Of a DNA stretch of 39,145 nt, positions 35,691 to 39,145 are shown one piece after another (position 1 is the first letter of the stretch; each line of letters starts with the position of its first letter). Location: positions 1-39,145 of the forward strand of contig JBDOIB010000021.1 of NCBI GenBank assembly GCA_041082155.1, written 5' to 3'. The notes beneath the pieces are model-generated. The model had not been told where the DNA came from and made no database searches. It saw only the letters and a program-made list of their open reading frames with translations. The stretch comes from Thermodesulfobacteriota bacterium (GTDB lineage: Bacteria; Desulfobacterota; BSN033; UBA1163). The position numbers and the translations under genes were made by a program.

Positions 35691-36971
35691 ATGACCCATC
35701 CGATGACTCTCACAGAAAAGCTCTTAGCCTCCCATGCCCATCGGAAATGGGTTTCACCGGGAGAGATCCTGAACGTTCGTCTGGACCTGGTTTTGGCCAA
35801 TGATATTACTGCTCCTCTTGCGATTCAGGCCTTTCAGGAGATTGGTGCCAAAAAAGTCTTTCGCCGGGATCGAGTCGTGCTGGTCCCTGATCACTTCGCT
35901 CCTGCCAAGGATATCCTTTCGGCCGAGCAGTGCAAGGTGATGAGGGAATTTGCAAAGGCTCATCGTCTCACCCATTATTTCGAGATTGGACAGTGCGGGA
36001 TTGAACATGTTCTTCTCCCGGAGAAAGGACTGGTTCTTCCGGGAGAGGTGGTCATCGGTGCAGACAGTCATACCTGCACCTATGGAGCGCTTGGAGCCTT
36101 CTCCACCGGTGTCGGGAGTACGGAACTCGGTGCAGCGATGGCCACAGGCGAGATCTGGCTCAGAGTCCCGGAGACGATCAAATTCATCTACTATGGGAGG
36201 CTCCAGCCTTGGGTGGGCGGAAAGGATTTGATTCTTGCGACCATTGGAGCTATTGGGGTGGACGGAGCCCTTTATCGAGCGATGGAATTTTCTGGGGAGG
36301 CCATTCGTACACTTTCCATGGCGAATCGCTTTACCATGTCCAATATGGTCATCGAAGCAGGAGGAAAGAATGGGGTGATTGAACCCGATGAGGTGACCCT
36401 TCAGTTTATTAAAGGGAGAGCCCAAAGGCCTTATCGCATCTTTAGAAGTGACCCGAAGGCTCGGTATGAGCGAGTCATCGAGTTTGATGTGTCGAAGATT
36501 GGCCCCCAGGTGGCCCTTCCCCACCTTCCCTCCAATGTGAAGGATGTAAGAGAGGTGGGAGGGGTTGAGATCGATCAGGTGGTCATTGGTTCGTGCACCA
36601 ACGGCCATCTCGAAGATCTAAGGGTTGCGGCCAGGATTTTGAAAGGAAAAAAGGTAGCTTCTACATTACGACTGATTATCATCCCGGCTACTCAAGAGAT
36701 TTATCGACAAGCCTTAAAGGAGGGTCTCATCGAGATCTTTTTATCTTCGGGAGCAGTGGTCAGTCCTCCTACCTGTGGACCCTGCCTGGGAGGTTATATG
36801 GGTATTTTAGCAGCGGGGGAGAGGGCTTTGGCCACCACAAACCGTAATTTTCGGGGAAGGATGGGACACCCTGAAAGTGAAGTCTATCTCTCGGGGCCTG
36901 CAGTTGCGGCCGCAAGTGCCGTGAAAGGAAGGATTTCTCATCCCGAAGAGGTCTTAAGAAGGAAACCTTGA
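35691..36971 (+). CDS. leuC: 3-isopropylmalate dehydratase large subunit, short archaeal/HacA-like type
   Basis: Aconitase-family cluster motifs DSHTCTYGALGAF, GSCTNG and PTCGPCLG. The protein is 426 aa. Confidence 0.9.
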   Translation: MTHPMTLTEKLLASHAHRKWVSPGEILNVRLDLVLANDITAPLAIQAFQEIGAKKVFRRDRVVLVPDHFAPAKDILSAEQCKVMREFAKAHRLTHYFEIGQCGIEHVLLPEKGLVLPGEVVIGADSHTCTYGALGAFSTGVGSTELGAAMATGEIWLRVPETIKFIYYGRLQPWVGGKDLILATIGAIGVDGALYRAMEFSGEAIRTLSMANRFTMSNMVIEAGGKNGVIEPDEVTLQFIKGRAQRPYRIFRSDPKARYERVIEFDVSKIGPQVALPHLPSNVKDVREVGGVEIDQVVIGSCTNGHLEDLRVAARILKGKKVASTLRLIIIPATQEIYRQALKEGLIEIFLSSGAVVSPPTCGPCLGGYMGILAAGERALATTNRNFRGRMGHPESEVYLSGPAVAAASAVKGRISHPEEVLRRKP

Positions 36972-36985
36972 GAGGAAAGAAGAAA

Positions 36986-37489
36986 ATGCGATTGGAGGGA
37001 AGGGTTTGGAAATTTGGTTCAGATATTGATACCGATGCCATTATTCCTGCCAGATATCTTAATCAATCAGATCCTAAAGAACTGGCGAAACATGTGATGG
37101 AAGACGAAAGGCCTTCCTTTTCCAGAGAGGTGAAGAGAGGTGATATTCTTTTAGCGGGAAGGAACTTTGGCTGCGGGTCTTCCAGGGAGCACGCCCCCCT
37201 GGCTCTGAAGGCAGCCGGTATCTCCTGTATCATTGCCAAAAGTTTTGCACGGATCTTTTTCAGGAATGCTTTCAACATCGGTCTCCCTCTTCTGGAATCT
37301 CAAGAAGCCCCCGAGGTCATTGAGGAAGGGGATCGAGTTCGAGTGGATCTTTCTAAAGGTGAGATCTATGATCTCACAAAGAAGAAGAGATTTCTTTCGA
37401 AACCGATTCCTCCCTTCATGCAGGAGCTCCTTCGTGATGGAGGCTTAATCCCCCATCTCAGAAAAAAGATGATCAAACATAAAAAATAG
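36986..37489 (+). CDS. leuD: 3-isopropylmalate dehydratase small subunit, short type
   Basis: Motifs GRVWKFGSDIDTDAIIPARYL and GRNFGCGSSREHAP. I preferred the ATG at 36986 (RBS AGAGGAAAGAAG) to the track TTG at 36968. Confidence 0.9.
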   Translation: MRLEGRVWKFGSDIDTDAIIPARYLNQSDPKELAKHVMEDERPSFSREVKRGDILLAGRNFGCGSSREHAPLALKAAGISCIIAKSFARIFFRNAFNIGLPLLESQEAPEVIEEGDRVRVDLSKGEIYDLTKKKRFLSKPIPPFMQELLRDGGLIPHLRKKMIKHKK

Positions 37490-37500
37490 AGCAAATTCTG

Positions 37501-37530
37501 TTGACTTTTGGTTGAAAGACTAAATAGAAT
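37501..37530 (+). promoter_or_regulatory. Sigma70-like promoter candidate for larB (TTGACT-18 nt-TAGAAT)
   Basis: Hexamers read directly at 37501-37506 and 37525-37530. The element ends 28 nt before the larB ATG. Confidence 0.4.
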
Positions 37531-37557
37531 TCACTTTGTTCTACTTGGATCAATCCG

Positions 37558-38307
37558 ATGGAGATTCGAAAGCTAAAAAACCTTTTAAAGAATGTTCAGA
37601 GGGGAAAGCTCTCTATCGAGGAAGCGATGAATCAGTTGAAATCGCTTCCCTTTGAAGACCTTGGCCATAGCAGGGTAAACCATCATCGGTCTCTTCGAAA
37701 GGGATTTCCAGAGGTGATCTGGGGGGAGGGAAAGACCTCCGAGCAGATTCTTTCCATCATGAGGCAGATGAAAGAAAAAGGTCAGAATATCCTTATCACC
37801 CGCTTGGACGAGAAGAAGGCAAAAATGATCCGAAGGGTCTTTCCTAAAAGTGAGTATCATCCCCTCTCAAGGGTTCTGATGTATCTAACCCATCCAATAG
37901 AACTCGTTGGAAAAGGAACAATTCTCGTCATTACGGCAGGGACTACGGATATCCCTGTGGCTGAAGAGGCTGCTTTGACGGCACGATTTATGGGAAATCG
38001 GGTCGAAACCCTTTATGATGTTGGGGTTTCGGGGATTCATCGACTCCTTTCGGAAAGAGAGAAGATCGAGAGGGCGAGGGTATTGATCGTCGTGGCCGGA
38101 ATGGAAGGGGCACTTCCAAGCGTTGTTGGAGGACTGGTCCCGCAACCTGTCATCGCTGTCCCCACCAGCGTTGGATACGGCGCCAGTTTCGGGGGGATTG
38201 CGGCACTCCTTTCCATGTTGAATTCCTGTGCCGCGGGGGTGGCGGTCGTCAATATTGACAATGGGTTTGGAGCAGGATGGATGGCCAGTCTCATCAATCA
38301 GATGTAA
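37558..38307 (+). CDS. larB: Nickel-pincer cofactor biosynthesis protein LarB (PurE/AIR-carboxylase-like pyridinium-3,5-biscarboxylic acid mononucleotide synthase)
   Basis: N-terminal helical region LSIEEAMNQLKSLPFEDLGHSRVNHHR. PurE-like core ILVITAGTTDIPVAEEAALTA ... VVAGMEGALPSVVGG ... PTSVGYG. The protein is ~249 aa, as for LarB. Confidence 0.85.
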   Translation: MEIRKLKNLLKNVQRGKLSIEEAMNQLKSLPFEDLGHSRVNHHRSLRKGFPEVIWGEGKTSEQILSIMRQMKEKGQNILITRLDEKKAKMIRRVFPKSEYHPLSRVLMYLTHPIELVGKGTILVITAGTTDIPVAEEAALTARFMGNRVETLYDVGVSGIHRLLSEREKIERARVLIVVAGMEGALPSVVGGLVPQPVIAVPTSVGYGASFGGIAALLSMLNSCAAGVAVVNIDNGFGAGWMASLINQM

Positions 38308-38317
38308 AAGAGAGAAA

Positions 38318-38941
38318 ATGGAAGGGGTCCTCTGGATAAAGTTCTTGAATGAAGGAGTAAGCCTTGTATTGCTCATCAGTGTGGGAGTGATCCTATACAA
38401 AGGAGTGAGGAAAAATCACCTCCTTCTTTCCGAACGGGAGGAGACCTTCAGACGGTATCTCCTGTTTCGTGAAGATCTTAAGGTCCGGATGAAACTCTAC
38501 GGGGAGGATGAGAAAACTTATCGGGAACTCCTGAGAAATCTCTCCGAAGGCTGGAAAAATTTTAAGCGGACCTATGACCAATATCTGGAGACCCTTTCTA
38601 AAAATGTCACAAAGACCAACCGGTTTCTTCAGCTCCTCACCTTAGCGCTGCTTCTCAATAGCTTTAGACTTCTTTTCGAGTCCTATTACTTCTTTGGCCT
38701 TCAATCTCGGCTTTTTTATCTTCTGACAAGAGAACTCTCTAACTATGTCATCGTGATTTTAGGGTTCTTTCTTTTAAAAGAACAGAGAGATCGATTCTTT
38801 TCAATGAAGGGCGAAATGGATAAGATGGATCGAGAGATCCTATTCTATTCGAATCATCTCACGGAGATAGGAGAAAAGAGGGCCCTTTACGATGAATTCA
38901 GTCCTCTTGAGAAAGGAGAAGGGGATGGAAAGAAGGATTAA
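38318..38941 (+). CDS. Hypothetical membrane protein (about 3 predicted TM helices), no family recognised
   Basis: The ATG at 38318 lies 10 nt after the larB stop; the track start at 38228 would overlap larB by 80 nt. Hydrophobic segments are VSLVLLISVGVILY, FLQLLTLALLLNSF and YVIVILGFFLL. The linkers are charged. Confidence 0.55.
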   Translation: MEGVLWIKFLNEGVSLVLLISVGVILYKGVRKNHLLLSEREETFRRYLLFREDLKVRMKLYGEDEKTYRELLRNLSEGWKNFKRTYDQYLETLSKNVTKTNRFLQLLTLALLLNSFRLLFESYYFFGLQSRLFYLLTRELSNYVIVILGFFLLKEQRDRFFSMKGEMDKMDREILFYSNHLTEIGEKRALYDEFSPLEKGEGDGKKD

Positions 38942-39145
38942 GATTCGAGTGGGGACACTCCAGGTGGAGGCAGAATTAAATGATTCGAAAACCGCCCAAT
39001 TGATCTGGGAGGCCCTGCCCATAGAAGGTCGGGCCAATACCTGGGGTGAGGAGATCTATTTTTCTATCCCTGTGAAGACGGGTTTGGAAACGGGCTCAAG
39101 GGAAGTCGTTTCAGCAGGAGAATTGGGATACTGGCCCACAGGGCA
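38925..39145 (+). CDS. Cyclophilin-like-fold protein (TM1367/PF04126-like), 5' part only; runs off the window; not in the supplied ORF track
   Basis: My own translation from the ATG at 38925 (RBS AAGGAG 6 nt upstream) gives MERRIKIRVGTLQVEAELNDSKTAQLIWEALPIEGRANTWGEEIYFSIPVKTGLETGSREVVSAGELGYWPTG. It is open to the window end. The NTWGEEIYF and GxxGYWP motifs match my recollection of the cyclophilin-like family. Confidence 0.6.
   Translation, partial: MERRIKIRVGTLQVEAELNDSKTAQLIWEALPIEGRANTWGEEIYFSIPVKTGLETGSREVVSAGELGYWPTG

Noticed and set aside
35754-36608. 284-aa minus-strand ORF
   Set aside because: It lies fully within leuC, which has clear aconitase-family Cys motifs. No motifs or RBS are visible, so it is a shadow ORF.
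1-39145. Mobile elements, CRISPR arrays, prophage or defence-system genes
   Set aside because: I saw no transposase, integrase or recombinase motifs, and no terminal inverted repeats or direct-repeat/spacer arrays. There is no obvious compositional break by eye. The catabolic island at 4.1-17.2 kb is accessory-like in content but has no visible mobility signatures.

Overview
This 39.1-kb window comes from a diderm (Gram-negative-type) bacterium and looks moderately AT-rich by eye. Every gene I can support lies on the + strand: about 36 CDS with very short or overlapping junctions. I saw no rRNA, tRNA, CRISPR array, transposase, integrase or phage genes. Layout: (i) The 3' part of tamB, then a tandem-domain universal stress protein. 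(ii) At 4.1-17.2 kb, an accessory-looking catabolic island. It holds a Liv-type ABC importer (SBP, two ATPases, two permeases) with a 649-aa FAA1/FadD-type acyl-CoA ligase embedded in it. A second AMP-forming acyl/aryl-CoA ligase follows, closed by a perfect 18-bp-stem terminator. Then comes a four-gene module, ATPase / HGD-D subunit / HGD-D subunit / ATPase, of the benzoyl-CoA reductase / 2-hydroxyacyl-CoA dehydratase radical-enzyme family. (iii) At 17.4-34.1 kb, one long envelope-biogenesis supercluster: lysS-lolE-(cNMP-binding protein)-lolD-bamA-skp-lpxD-fabZ-lpxA-(Gfo/Idh/MocA oxidoreductase)-lpxB-msbA-(DUF374/LpxJ-like)-waaA-lpxK. (iv) leuA-leuC-leuD with short archaeal-type LeuCD and no leuB. 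(v) larB, an unknown 3-TM protein, and the start of a cyclophilin-like-fold protein that runs off the window and is absent from the ORF track. The best candidates for something undescribed are: the orphan BCR-like/dehydratase-like module with two non-identical ATPase subunits, one with degenerate nucleotide motifs, together with its dedicated uptake and CoA-activation genes; the output-less tandem cNMP-binding protein translationally coupled between lolE and lolD; and the GnnA-like oxidoreductase wedged between lpxA and lpxB without a partner aminotransferase. All functional calls rest on motif and family recognition by eye. No database search, HMM or structure prediction was run.
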